Both the position numbers and the translations under genes were made by a program. The notes under the pieces were generated by a model. That model was given only the letters and a program-made list of their open reading frames with translations, was not told the DNA's origin and ran no database searches. A DNA stretch of 64,000 nt, from NCBI GenBank assembly GCA_050273025.1, contig CP158636.1, positions 558,001 through 622,000 on the forward strand. The letters are read 5' to 3'. Shown piece after piece: positions 36,153 through 48,200 of this stretch (the stretch's first letter is position 1; every line of letters starts with the position of its first letter). This DNA is from Cenococcum geophilum (taxonomy: Eukaryota).

Positions 36153-37698
36153 TATAAGCTTTGCAGTGTATAGGAATTAAACGAGCAACTTAATTATAAA
36201 TCTATGGAAATCAAGTGGTATAAATATATAAAAGTAGACCCCTAACTCCGGAGCCTATGACTCATATTAAACGTATCCGAGACATATAAGGGTAGTGCTA
36301 ACGCAGGTAAAACAGGGTAATATGCAAGGTCCAGTAGTCGGTTATATACCCCCCCAGATTTAACGGTGTAGTTAAAGCTGTAGAAAGAAAAATAAAGGTA
36401 GAAACTGTATTAAACAGGAGTAAAAAAGGGTCGTTTTTAAAATATATCTCCCTAACTTTATATCTCTGGATATAGAGCTATATTTAAAGAGATGTTATCC
36501 CTAGCCTCTTAGAAGACTGTGTTTAAAAAGGCATCCTCCCTAGCCGCTTAGGAGACTGTATTCAAAGAGGTGTAGTAATTTAATTTGCATTCAAGGCAGT
36601 CAATTAATCCGTGCTCGCGGTAGATCTTTTTGATCTATAGTCGAGGTAGATATTAAGGTAGTCACTTGGTGACTCTGGTGACGTTAAGACGTCGAATTTG
36701 GTGATGTTGCGATCGTCGTAACTGGTGCCGATGAGGCTGGTGCTAATATAGGCTGGCGTTTCGGAAGGGCGTCTACAGCGTGATGGCTGCGACTGGTTGT
36801 GGTGTTGGTGTCTGCAGCGTAATAGCTGCGACTGGTTGTAACGGAAGGCGTCTATAGCGTAATGGCTGCGACTGATTGTAGTGTTGGTGCCTCCCCAGGA
36901 AGCCTTGATTTGATTTGGTGACAGGCCTATATTAAGGCTCTGGTGTTCGCTAGCTGGTCGTTCGAACGGTTGTCTGGTTTTGGCGACGGTCCTCTTACTG
37001 CCGTTGGTCTGGTGCCTTCCTTGTGTCTACCTAGTATCCTTGTCTCTCACCATTAGTATATCTAAGCTAGCTTCTGCTTCTGGCTTTTACTGGCTTCGTG
37101 CTCTGGCTCCGTGCTCTGGCATCTCGCTCTGGCTCCGTGCTCTGAATCGCGCTGGCTGGGCTCTCCCTTGGACGCCATATGAGGTCGTTACGCTGTGGTG
37201 GATAGGTTGACTCTGTCGAATGGTTGTGTATCTGGGTTGAAGGAGGTTGGGGTTTATACGGTCGGGTTTGTACGGTTAGGTTCGGTTCGGTTCGATCAAT
37301 ATTTGATACAATTAATGTTCAATCGTCCGTCCGTTTGGTAAATAAAGGTAATTATAAGTATAACAGCAGTACCCGGAAGAAGCTCGAAATACTTGTAAAG
37401 GTAGAAGAAGTAGTGACTTCTTGAACGAGGTAGCAGATTAATTGCTTAGTAAGCGCTGAATGTATAGATCAGATGCAGTACGGTAGGCAGGCCGGGCTTA
37501 TAACTGTAAGCTTTTGCAGTGTAAAGGATTGAATGAGTAACTTAATTGTAAATCTATGGAAATCAAGTGGTATAAATACATGAAAGTAGACCCCTAACTC
37601 CGGAGCCTATAACTTATATTAAACGTATCCAAGACATACGAGGGTAGTGCTAACGTAGGTGAAACAGGGTAATATGCAAGGTCCGGTAGTCGGTTATA
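36153..37698 (-). mobile_element. Non-autonomous Copia-type LTR element (1.5 kb)
   Basis: 194-bp LTRs (36153-36346, 37505-37698); TSD CTATA; PBS GTTATAAGCCC (RIP form of the Copia-type GGTTATGAGCCC); PPT poly-G at 36349-36355 on the minus strand; no pol. Confidence 0.88.
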
Positions 37699-38521
37699 CT
37701 ATATAATAAGGGACTCTAGTATATATTAAAGTAAAGTAGACGAGCTGCTAAAGAGACGCTAGGGGACTTTTACTTACTTATACTTTACTAGATAGAATAG
37801 GACTAGTATATAAATAATAATAAGGAAAATATTAAAATATTAATAGAAGTTCTTTCTAGGCGCGGGCTAAATAGACCTATAGAATATTAGTAGCTAATTC
37901 TACCCCTTACCTATTAATATAAGTTATATAATATTAGTAAAAGAAATAAAGGACGCTATATAAAAGCTCCCTATTAGTAAAGCGTTAAGGCTAAATAAGA
38001 CCCTAAATAAGGCAATTAAAGCCGTAGTAAAAGCGGTAGTAATACTATTCGCTAACGTTATAACTACCTACCTTTAGAGAGGTAAACTACCTAAATACTT
38101 TAAAGTAATAACTATAGTCGTCTTATAAAAGGTATAAAAAAAGACTACTTTATTTTAGAAAGCTACTAACCCTAAAAAGGCTCTTAAAAAAGATAGTTAT
38201 TATCAGTATACTCGCTTTATTAACGTGCACGAATATTACTTATAGTAGTACGTATGCGGTGTTAAAGTTAGTAGTTAATTATTGTCTAGAAGTAAGGGGT
38301 TACTTTAGGGTTAGATTAGCTAGTCTTGCTTTATGGTCTTATAACTATATTATATAATTAACGTTCTAATACTAAAGTAACTCTAAAAGAAGGCTAATCT
38401 ACACTCTAAAGTTAAGTCTACTTCTAAACTGTTTATAGTATATACGTAATAGTTAGCTCTCTCGTCTATAATATATAATAGCTTCCACGCTCCTTTTATA
38501 GGTCTGTAATGTAATAATATA

Positions 38522-38793
38522 AGTTATATAACTTCCTGCTATCTTCTGCCAGTTACGTAACTTTCTACTATCTCCTGCTAGTTATATAACTTTCTGCAAT
38601 CTTCTATTAGTTATATAACTTTCTACTATCTTTTGCTAGTTATATAACTTTTTACTATCTCTTACCAGTTATATAACTTTCTATAATCTTTTATTAGTTA
38701 TATAACTTTCTACTATCTTCTGCTAGTTATATAACTTTCTGCTATCTTCTACCAGTTATATAACTTTCTGCCATCTTCTACTAGTTATATAAC
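38522..38793. repeat. 29-bp tandem repeat x 9 plus a partial unit in the Copia 3' UTR
   Basis: Unit AGTTAYRTAACTTTCTRCYATCTTCTRCY. Confidence 0.92.
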
Positions 38794-41176
38794 CTGTAAA
38801 CCACCTTCTATTACTTCTTACGTTCTACCTAACCTACAGCCTATATATCGACTTGGTTTATGTTAATAAGTCGCTATAGAGCGATATAAGGCTTCCCCTT
38901 AGTTATTACGTCCGCGGGGTTAGCTTTACTATTAATCCATTTAACCTCTATAATCTACCAACGTTTATAGGCTTATTATAGGTATAATATATTAATTATT
39001 AATCGCTTCTCTTATGTGGTTCTAAGTTATATAAAACAGTTATATAGCGACTTAAAATTGGTGTAAAGCATAAGCGGGAGGTTGGTCTATAGGACCTTGT
39101 CTACTATAGACTTAATAGCGACGGCGATATTAAAGCCGTAAGCTATTCTATAGAGTTTAGAGGCCAGAACGCTTTTAGTGACTTTTTTACACTTAATTAA
39201 GCTCTAATGGACGATATTAGCCTTCTTAGTTGCGTTAGCTAGTATAATAACGTAGCCAATTTGCAAAGATAGGTCCTTATTATTGGTAAAGAAAGCGTCC
39301 GTAAATACTAGGAGTTATAAGGTATTAACGTCTAGCTTAATAAACTTTAGGCCTCTATTTACGTTCTTAATCTACTAGCTTAATTGCTTATTAAGACTCT
39401 TTATATCATCTTTAACTAGGTTAATTACCTAGGTAGTAAAGGATAGATTAAATAAGGCCTTTAACTAACAGACTAAGGCGATATAGGCTCCTCTAGCGCA
39501 TTAAGCGATATACTAGTCCTTTAGCATAAGTAGGCCACGCGTAACTCCTCTAGAGCTAGTACTATCTATTAGCGTAGTGTTAACTACACTAAGGTTCTTA
39601 TACTGGCGCTTTTACGGTAGCGTAATACTCCTATCTTATATTAATTAAATAAGTCCTCCGTTAAACTTAATTAGTATATTAGCGGTTAGTTACTCTCGCT
39701 CCTTAGCCATAAATTCAGCCTTATATAGTTCGCTTTATTTAGCCTCTATAAAGGTGTTATCTATAAGAAATAGTGTATTATTAGTCTATAGGCCAACAAT
39801 TCTAAAAGGCTTATCGCTGTAAAGTAAGTAAGGGTTGTATATAGACTAGTCCATTTACAGTTAATTAACGTAGTATAAATAGTATATCTTAAACCAGTGG
39901 TTTCTAGCTTTAGGTACTCTATAAAGTAGCTTTATAACCTTTAAAACAAAGTCCGTATTAATTCCTAATTATTTATTTAGCTTATATGGTGGTTATACAT
40001 AGAACTCGCGGTTTAGGTTTATAGTAGACTAGATATAAGCTTATAAGATATCTTAAAGGTAGAGTCGTATCTATAGTAGTATAGTAGTAATATAGAGAAT
40101 TAGCCGCTAGCTAACTCGTTAAATTATTAGTAACTAAGTAAGGACTAGCTCTTTCTCTAAGCCATTATAGGCCTATACAACGAGTTATAATTTCTTAAAG
40201 GCTTTATCGGTTCCCTTATTCTTAATCTTATTAATAAACCGTAAATTAAAGAGTCTAACCACCTTTAGTATATCGTATAGCTTAATAATCTTAAAGACGC
40301 CTTTTTTAAGTAGGCCTATAACCTCCTTTTATTATAAAGCACTAAATTAGATGTTGCTGTCGTTCTATAAGTAAATAGTGGTATTAGCCGTATCTACAGT
40401 ATTATCGTCCTATAGGTAGATAGCGATATTAGTAATATCCGCAATATCACCCGTAAAAGCGCCTGTATTTATTATAGCATCCGTAATAGCTATATCTATA
40501 ACGGCCGTAAGCAATAGGTATTTACGGGGGCGACCTCTACCTCACTTTAGCAGTGGCTGTGGTTCGGCCTTAGGTAATAATTAAGGTTCGGCTAATAAAG
40601 GTACTGGTTTATCTAATTTAACAAACTCTCGTAGTTTAACTGGGTTTTATAGGTCTAGTAGGTAAGGTTTTACAACTGTAAAGCGGAAGGTTATAGGCCT
40701 ATTTAGTAGCTTTACTGTTATAGACGCCTTAAGTACGATATTACAACTACTTGGAGAGGAGTCGGAAGAGGCTAGTTAGTTAATACAAGCACGGTCCAAG
40801 ATGGAGCCCGTGGAACTATATAACAAGGAATAGTAACTAAGGTTATATAATATACTACGTATTAAACGGGAGGAATAAGAGGAACTTACGTACCTTATAT
40901 ATAACACGTATATTACGTATAAGAAGGATTTTATAGGAGTACGGTTGTGTATTTAAGGACCCTTAGTTCCTACCTAGATAGTTCCTTCCTTATAGTAATT
41001 CTTAGAATATAATTAGAGTTAATCTGTTAGGCAACCACTCTACTAGTTATTATTACGTTGTTAACTTACTTGCAATACCTATATACCTAGCCCACTAACG
41101 AGTTTACCGTAATTCCTACTACAAGGCTCTGTTATATAATTACTACCATAGTTACGGTTTTAATAAGTTAAATAAT

Positions 41177-44100
41177 ATGCCATTAAAAGCAGCCACCACG
41201 ACGCCGTTAACGGTAGTAACTACTTTAAGGTTAAGTGGAGATACAAGTATATAAGATACTAACTTATAACCAGTTACGGTTGGGCAGTTACAGGAAATCA
41301 TTAATAGGTTAAACGAGAACAACTAAATACTTAAAGAAAGACTTAATAGGATCGGAGCAGTAAAGGTTAAGTTACCTTCAATCAAACAATTCTTAGGAGA
41401 AAGATTAAAGTTTAAAGGATTCCTAACGTAAATGTATTTTAAAGTCATGCAAAAAGGGGCCAAGTTAGCCACAATAATGGATTAGATAGCCTATATAGGA
41501 CTATTCCTAACGGGTTAGGCACTTAAATAGTTTAAACCCTACTTAATAGAAATATAGACTAACGGAATAACTACTACTAATTAAGAGGTACAATTTGTGT
41601 TTTCTAGCTGGGTAGGATTCGCGGAACGATTAACACAGATATTTAAGAACCCAAAAGCAACAGTTACAGTAAAGAGAAAGCTTTAGGACCTAACATAGTA
41701 AACTTTAGCAATTAAGTATACGATATAGTTTTAAATACTTGCTATATAGGTCAAATGGAACAATAAGGCGCTTATAGCATAGTATAAACAGGGACTTAAG
41801 GCTAAAGTCTAGAACGTAATTATTCTAATAGAAGATGCGGACACCCTAAGGGAATTAATAGATTAAGCGATTAAGATTAATAATAGGATCTTCTAAAGGA
41901 AACAGGCTAAGAGAGGCTAGGACAGAGTTCTATAGTTATATAAAACGCAGAGTACGTAACAACCAAAGCTAAATTAGAAACTATAGTATAGCGTAGAGCT
42001 AATAGACCTAAGCGGTACTAGAGAAACCTATAAGAGATAGAGGAAGTAACTATAGAAACCTAGAAGTTAAGAATTGAGTAATTACAGGACTAAGGAGCAT
42101 AGGCTAAATTAAGGATCTTAACAGCGGAAGACGTTTAAGCGGACTCTATAGTAAAAGCAATGGTTTAAAGACGGAGCTTATATAAATTGCGGAAAACAGG
42201 GTTATTTCGCCAAAGACTATAGAAGTGGTTAGAGTTATTACGCAGTAAAGGGAACTAGACTAATAGTATGTAACACACATATATAGAGGGACGATAGTGT
42301 ACTACGAGGAATAAAAGAATGTTTAATCAGAAGTTTTACGTTTTGTTATAACAACGCATGCTAAATTTATAAAGACGCTAAGTATAGTATAAGCTATTAG
42401 CCATAAGAGCTAGAGTTAAGAGGACTTAAAGAAACTAAAGAGTTAGATAAAGAATAAGATCGACTCTACGAGCTAGATTAAGATGTCACAGTAACATATA
42501 GATAATAATTAGTAACAATAATAATGAAGTTAGAGTACTTATTAATTAACAGCGATAAGGACAGTAAAGGAACTAACTAAAAGTATCTAAACCTTAATGA
42601 CGCAATAGAAGTAGAGACTGAGACCGCTATAGAGCAAGGTTTAGTAACGGGTATTATAATACCGTTAGATACGGCATCTATCGCTTTATAAGACGGAAGG
42701 AGTAATATCTAGAGATGATTAAGCAAGCAGATAACTGCTAGTGCTAGCTTACTACTTAATAAAGGCAAAAGGCTAAAGGCTTAAGATTCTTAAGATAAGA
42801 TAAAAGATGACTAAGATTCTTAAGAAGAGATAAGGCATGCTTAAGGACCCACAACGGACGCAAACTAATGGAGTAGGGCAGTAGCTTAGTTTAAGAATAT
42901 ATAAATAAGCTTGGGACAAGTGTTCCTAACAGCATAAGATTCTTAAGATGAGATAAATGAGATTTAAGACTCTTAAGATAAGATGAGAATACTAATAAAG
43001 CCTAGTTAGACTAAGGCTAGAGCGTAGCTTAAGGAAGAAGTAAGCTTAGGATTAAAAAATCCAAAGGGTTAAGAGTTCGGAGTATAAATAAGGATACCTA
43101 TAAGCAAGAAGCAAGCGGCTTTACTATAGATTAGAAAATCTATAATACAAACAGTAGTTAGATTGGGAGACAGATATATAGACTTAGAGGACTTACTAGT
43201 TAAATAAGATAATTAGACTAAAGATTAAGAGTTTAATACTAAGATTAAAAAGCAAGAAGACTTTAAGGATCTACTTATAAGACGTGAAAAGAAAGAAACC
43301 ATGGAGGAATTTAGAGCAAGAATTACCTTATAGCAAGAATAGAAACTAGATAAGAGATCTAGTATATTGGGACGTATAAAGGACAGAGCACTAGTATAAA
43401 GGATTACTAATAGGCCGAGAGTAGGCATACTAAGAGCTAAGTAGCTTACCAAACTAGAATAAGAAGAGGATCTAGGGATTCCTACTAGGTTCGAAGAACG
43501 ATATATAAAGGGCTGTTATAATATAGCAATAAGAAGATACTTCCTTACGGACAGACTGTATACACTCTAATAGCTATACTAAAAGTGGTATAGGTAACGA
43601 TACAATAATAAGTGGGAAGATTTCTATATATGGTTAGACAAAAAAGTTATCTAAGACTACCTAATTACGGAAAAAGCAATAAATTATATTAAGGGAGCCT
43701 TAATTATAACATTAAAGGATCTAGAGGAATGATTAGAGGACTAAAGAAGTAAGAAACGCATCTTAGTATCTGTAAATAAAGTTATAATGTTTAGATTAGT
43801 GCGACAGAAGTTTAAACTTAAAGATGAAGATAAGTTAAGAGTTGACCTAAAGTACCTAGCATACTATACGCTATTATGGATTGTATATATAGACAATATA
43901 TATAAAATATACAAGAATCCGAAGGAAAAGAACCGGAAATACCCTATAAGGATATACTAGATAATAGATAAATAATAGTATAGGAATGCTAAATATATAT
44001 ACGGATGGCATCTAGCAGAAGTCCAAGAGGAAGGAAGTTTAATACTTTAACTAGGAAGATTCCTTACGGAAGAATACTTAGATGGACGACAATAGTGGGA

Positions 44101-47100
44101 ATGTTTAGAGAATACCTATCTATAGTATATTAAAGATAAAAAGCAAACTAGGTATTGGCTAAAGAGTAAGCTAAGTATAATAGGATTAAGCAGCTAATAG
44201 TTAGGAAAAGTAGAGGCCTATAGGACTAGAGGGAGCTAGTAATAGAGCCTTAGACCCTTAAAGGAATTTAAGGACGACACCTAAATCTAAGAGTTAAATG
44301 GTAAGATTAGTAGTTTAAAGTATTAGTAGATAGTGGAGCAATAAGGAACTATATCTTACTAGCAGCAGTTAAAAGGATAGGGCTACTATACAGGCAAAAA
44401 GAGTACCCCTATTTATTAGTAACAATTTTAGGAGATCTAATAGCCTATAGAGGAGGTATTATTAATCTTAAAACAGGACTAATTTAAATAACCATTAAAG
44501 GGAGATAAGTTAAGATGTCTTTTGATATATTACCATTAGGGAATAATAAGGCAGTATTAGGAATGCCTTAGTTACAGAAATATAATCTAAAGATTAATTG
44601 GGTTATAGGTTAAGTTAATATTAGAAATATATAATAACGCAAGATGCGATAATAAATTAAGTTGGTATAGTACTAAGTTGGAGCGATATACGAGGAGACT
44701 AATTAAGGATTAAGTTATGTACTAAAGAGATACCACAAATATAGTAAAAAGTTATGGTTATTAGAAAGTAAAAAGCTATTAAAGTATATAGTATGGGACT
44801 ATAAGATAGAGTTAGAACTAAGAATAAGTCTAAGGTTCTATTTAACCTATAAGTTAACAGAAAAAGAGTTACAGGCACTTAAGGAGTTTGTCTAGGAAAA
44901 TCTTTAAAAAGGATATATTAGACCATCGTAGTTATTAGCGGGATATCTAGTACTATTCGTACTAAAGAAAAATGGAAAACTTAGGCTATGTATTAACTAT
45001 AGATAGTTAAACAGCATTACTAGAAAGGATAGGTATCCTTTACCCTTAATTAGTAAGATCTAAGATAGGATCGGTAATACGCAAATCTTTATAAAGATAG
45101 ATCTAAGATGGGCGTACTATTAGATTAGAATTAAGGAAGGCGATAAATGGAAGGCAGCCTTTAGGTTAAAGGAAGGACTATATAAACTATTAGTTATATA
45201 ATTCGGGCTTATAAACGCACTAGTAATGTTTTAAAAGCGTATTAATAATGTGTTAAGAGAATACTTAGATGAATTTGTTATGGTATATTTTAACAACATT
45301 ATTATCTACTTAATAAGTGAGGAAGAATATAGAGAACATATTAAATGGGTCTTAAAGAGACTATAGGAAGAGTAGATGCTAGTAGTAATTAAGAAATACA
45401 AGTTCTTTACCAGAAAGACGGATTTTATTGGATTTATTATTAAACTAGGCCAACTTAATATAGATCTGAAGAAGATTGAGGCTATAGTAAATTGGTAAGA
45501 ACTAGAAAATGTAATATAGTTAAGGTTATTTCTAGGGTTCTGCAACTACTATAGAAGGTTTATAGCTTAATGGTTAAAGGATATTAAGCTACTTATAAGA
45601 TTAATAAAGAAGGAAGAACTATGGGCATAGGGAAAGGAATAAAAGGAACTATTTAAGAAAATTAAATAGTTGTTTACCTAGGAGCCAGTTCTTAAAATCT
45701 ATTAACTATAGTTAGAGATAGTGGTTAAAACGGATGTATTAGACTATGCACTAGGAGCGTGCTTTCTATAGAAATATAAAGATAGATAGCACCTAGTGGC
45801 ATACTATAGTCGAAAGATAACACTACCGGAACTGAACTATAACATCTATAACAAGGAGTTGTTAGGTATAGTTGCAGTATTAAGAGAATAAAGGTTATTC
45901 TTATAAGGTATAGAAAAACTATTTATAGTTAAGACGGATTATAAGAACCTAACGGGGTTTCTAATAACGAAAGAACTTAATTATAGATAGGTTAGATGGG
46001 CGGAGATGCTTATAGAATACTATTTTAAAATTTAGTATACTAAGGGTATAGAGAATATACGAGCAGATGCTTTAAGCAGAAGGACTGAACTATAAAACGA
46101 TAAAAAGCTATTAGGGGCTTTATTACGAAAAGATATAGACGGATTAATTAGATATAATTATTTAAAAATCGCAGTAATATAAGAAGAATAGATCTACAAA
46201 TTACTAGAGAGTGATTAGATATAAAAGATCCTAGACGTATAAATAAAAGATTTAGACTTAGAGCAGTATAAAAATTGAAAAGCAATATACGTGCCAAGAT
46301 CTATTGCAAAGGAGTTTGTTAAATTGTTTTATAAAGGACTAACTTAAGGATATAACGGAGCTATAGGCTTAGTGTTAAGACTTTAAGAAGAGTACATTAT
46401 TAATAGAATCTGGGGTTTAGCACGGAAAATTATTAAGGAATGTCTAGATTGCTAAAGAAATAAACTAATAAGGTATAAGCCATATGGAGGGCTATAACTA
46501 GTTAAAATACTAGAGAAACTATAAAAGGTTATATTATAGGACTTTATTATTAAGTTACTAAAGTTAAGAGATCCTATTACCGGATAAGATTATAACGTAA
46601 TCTTAGTAATAGTAGACAAGCTTATAAAGTAGGGATACTTTATAGTATGTATAGAAGAAATATTAGTGGAAGATGTCGCTAGAATCTATGTTAAAGAAGT
46701 ATTTATAAGATATAGAGCACTAAACAAAATTATATTGGACAGAGATCTAAGATTCGTAATAGCATTTTAAGAAGTATTCTTGGTAGAGCAAGGAGTTTAA
46801 GCAGCAACTTCCACCATATATTATCTATAGATAGACGGTTAAACGGAAAGATTAAATTAGACACTAGAATAGTATCTAAGGTATTATATTAATTACGCAT
46901 AGAACAATTAGGTATCGCTATTACTAATTATATAGTTTATATATAATATAACACTATAAGAAGGAATGGGTATATTACTATTTAAGGCGAATTACGGATA
47001 TAAGCTAAGGACCTTATTATCGCCACATTAAGTAAAGAAGATAAGTAGCACAGCTAAGTAAAGAATGAAGAGTTTAATAAATCTTTATGCAGACCTTATA

Positions 47101-47610
47101 GAAACAGCTAAGGTGATATAGTAAAGGATAAAAAAGTATTACGATGCTAAGAGATCTGAGGGACTAGATCTTAAGGAGGGAGATAAAGTGTGGCTACTAT
47201 ACAAAAATTTTAAGAGTCGACGACTAAGTAAGAAGTTAGACTACGTCAGACTAGGACCTTTTAAAATTATATAGAAAATTTCATTGGTCGCATTTAAGTT
47301 AAACCTACTAGCTAGGATAAAGATCTACCCTATATAGTATATTGCAATGCTAGAGCTAGTATACGGGAATGTTAAGCTACTGGTTTATAAGGCAGACACG
47401 TATAGAAAATAAGAGGAAGACGAATGGTAAGTTTTAAAGATCGTTAGCTATAAGAACATAGACAATAAAATATAGTATAAAGTAAAGTAAATAGTCTATG
47501 ATAAGACTACCTAGAAGCTATTAGAGAACCTAAAGAACGCTATAGAAAAGGTATAGGAGTATTAGAAAAGAAAAGGTTAGGTAATATTAATAAAGAGGAA
47601 TCGCTAAAGA
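41177..47610 (+). pseudogene. pol: Gypsy gag-pol with chromodomain
   Basis: ATG at 41177; (C)INCGKQGYFAKDY knuckle; LVDSGAIRNY (PR); KIDLRWAYY*IRI and VYFNNIII (YLDD, RT); KTDVLDYALGA (RH); TDG*TERLN*TLE (INT); EDEW*VLKIV...YKVK (chromodomain). Confidence 0.9.
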
Positions 47611-47649
47611 ATAAGTTACCTAAGGGGGACCTAGGAGGAGCGACTGCCA

Positions 47650-48200
47650 AACTACTTAGAGTTATTTTTATCTCCGTTAGAAGAGAATCCATTTTTTTAT
47701 TGCTAAGTTCCTATAAACCTTATTCTATAAGTTTCCACTTCTTAAAACGGACCTTCTTATGAACTTTCTTAAGACGAAGTAAATAGGTAGACGCCGTAAT
47801 ATAAGCATCTAAGGCCTTCTGTTCCGCATCCTAAGAACGCTTAAGCTTTATAAGGGCCTAAGCTAGGTTACTATTAAGCTTTATAGTAGCAGATTAAACA
47901 TAAGACCCTATAATAAATTACTTAGGGAACTTAGAGACTATTAAGAGTTATAGAACGCGCATACTTAGCGTTAGAAGTAAAGCGAACATCGTAAGACAAT
48001 TAAACGTTTGCTTTAGTGCACTCCGAATAAAAAGAGGGCTATTAAGATAAAGGACTCGCTAATATAACGTAGACTAACCCCTCTTTTATATAACGAGAAT
48101 ACGGAGATGGTATTATTTTACCAAGTGATAAAATTGTAGTAATAGTGCGGGTATAATGTTGCGTATATAAAGACGAAGAAGCTTTAGGTATTATAAATAA
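47650..48200 (-). pseudogene. Possible antisense Cys-rich accessory ORF between pol and the 3' LTR
   Basis: Minus strand PSPYSRYIKRGLVYVI...FYSECTKANV*LSYDV de-RIPs to a CxxCxxxGxxC..CSEC..C pattern. Confidence 0.5.

Noticed and set aside
38522..38793. CRISPR-like array (29-bp repeats)
   Set aside because: No spacers; the variation between units is RIP-type point mutation.
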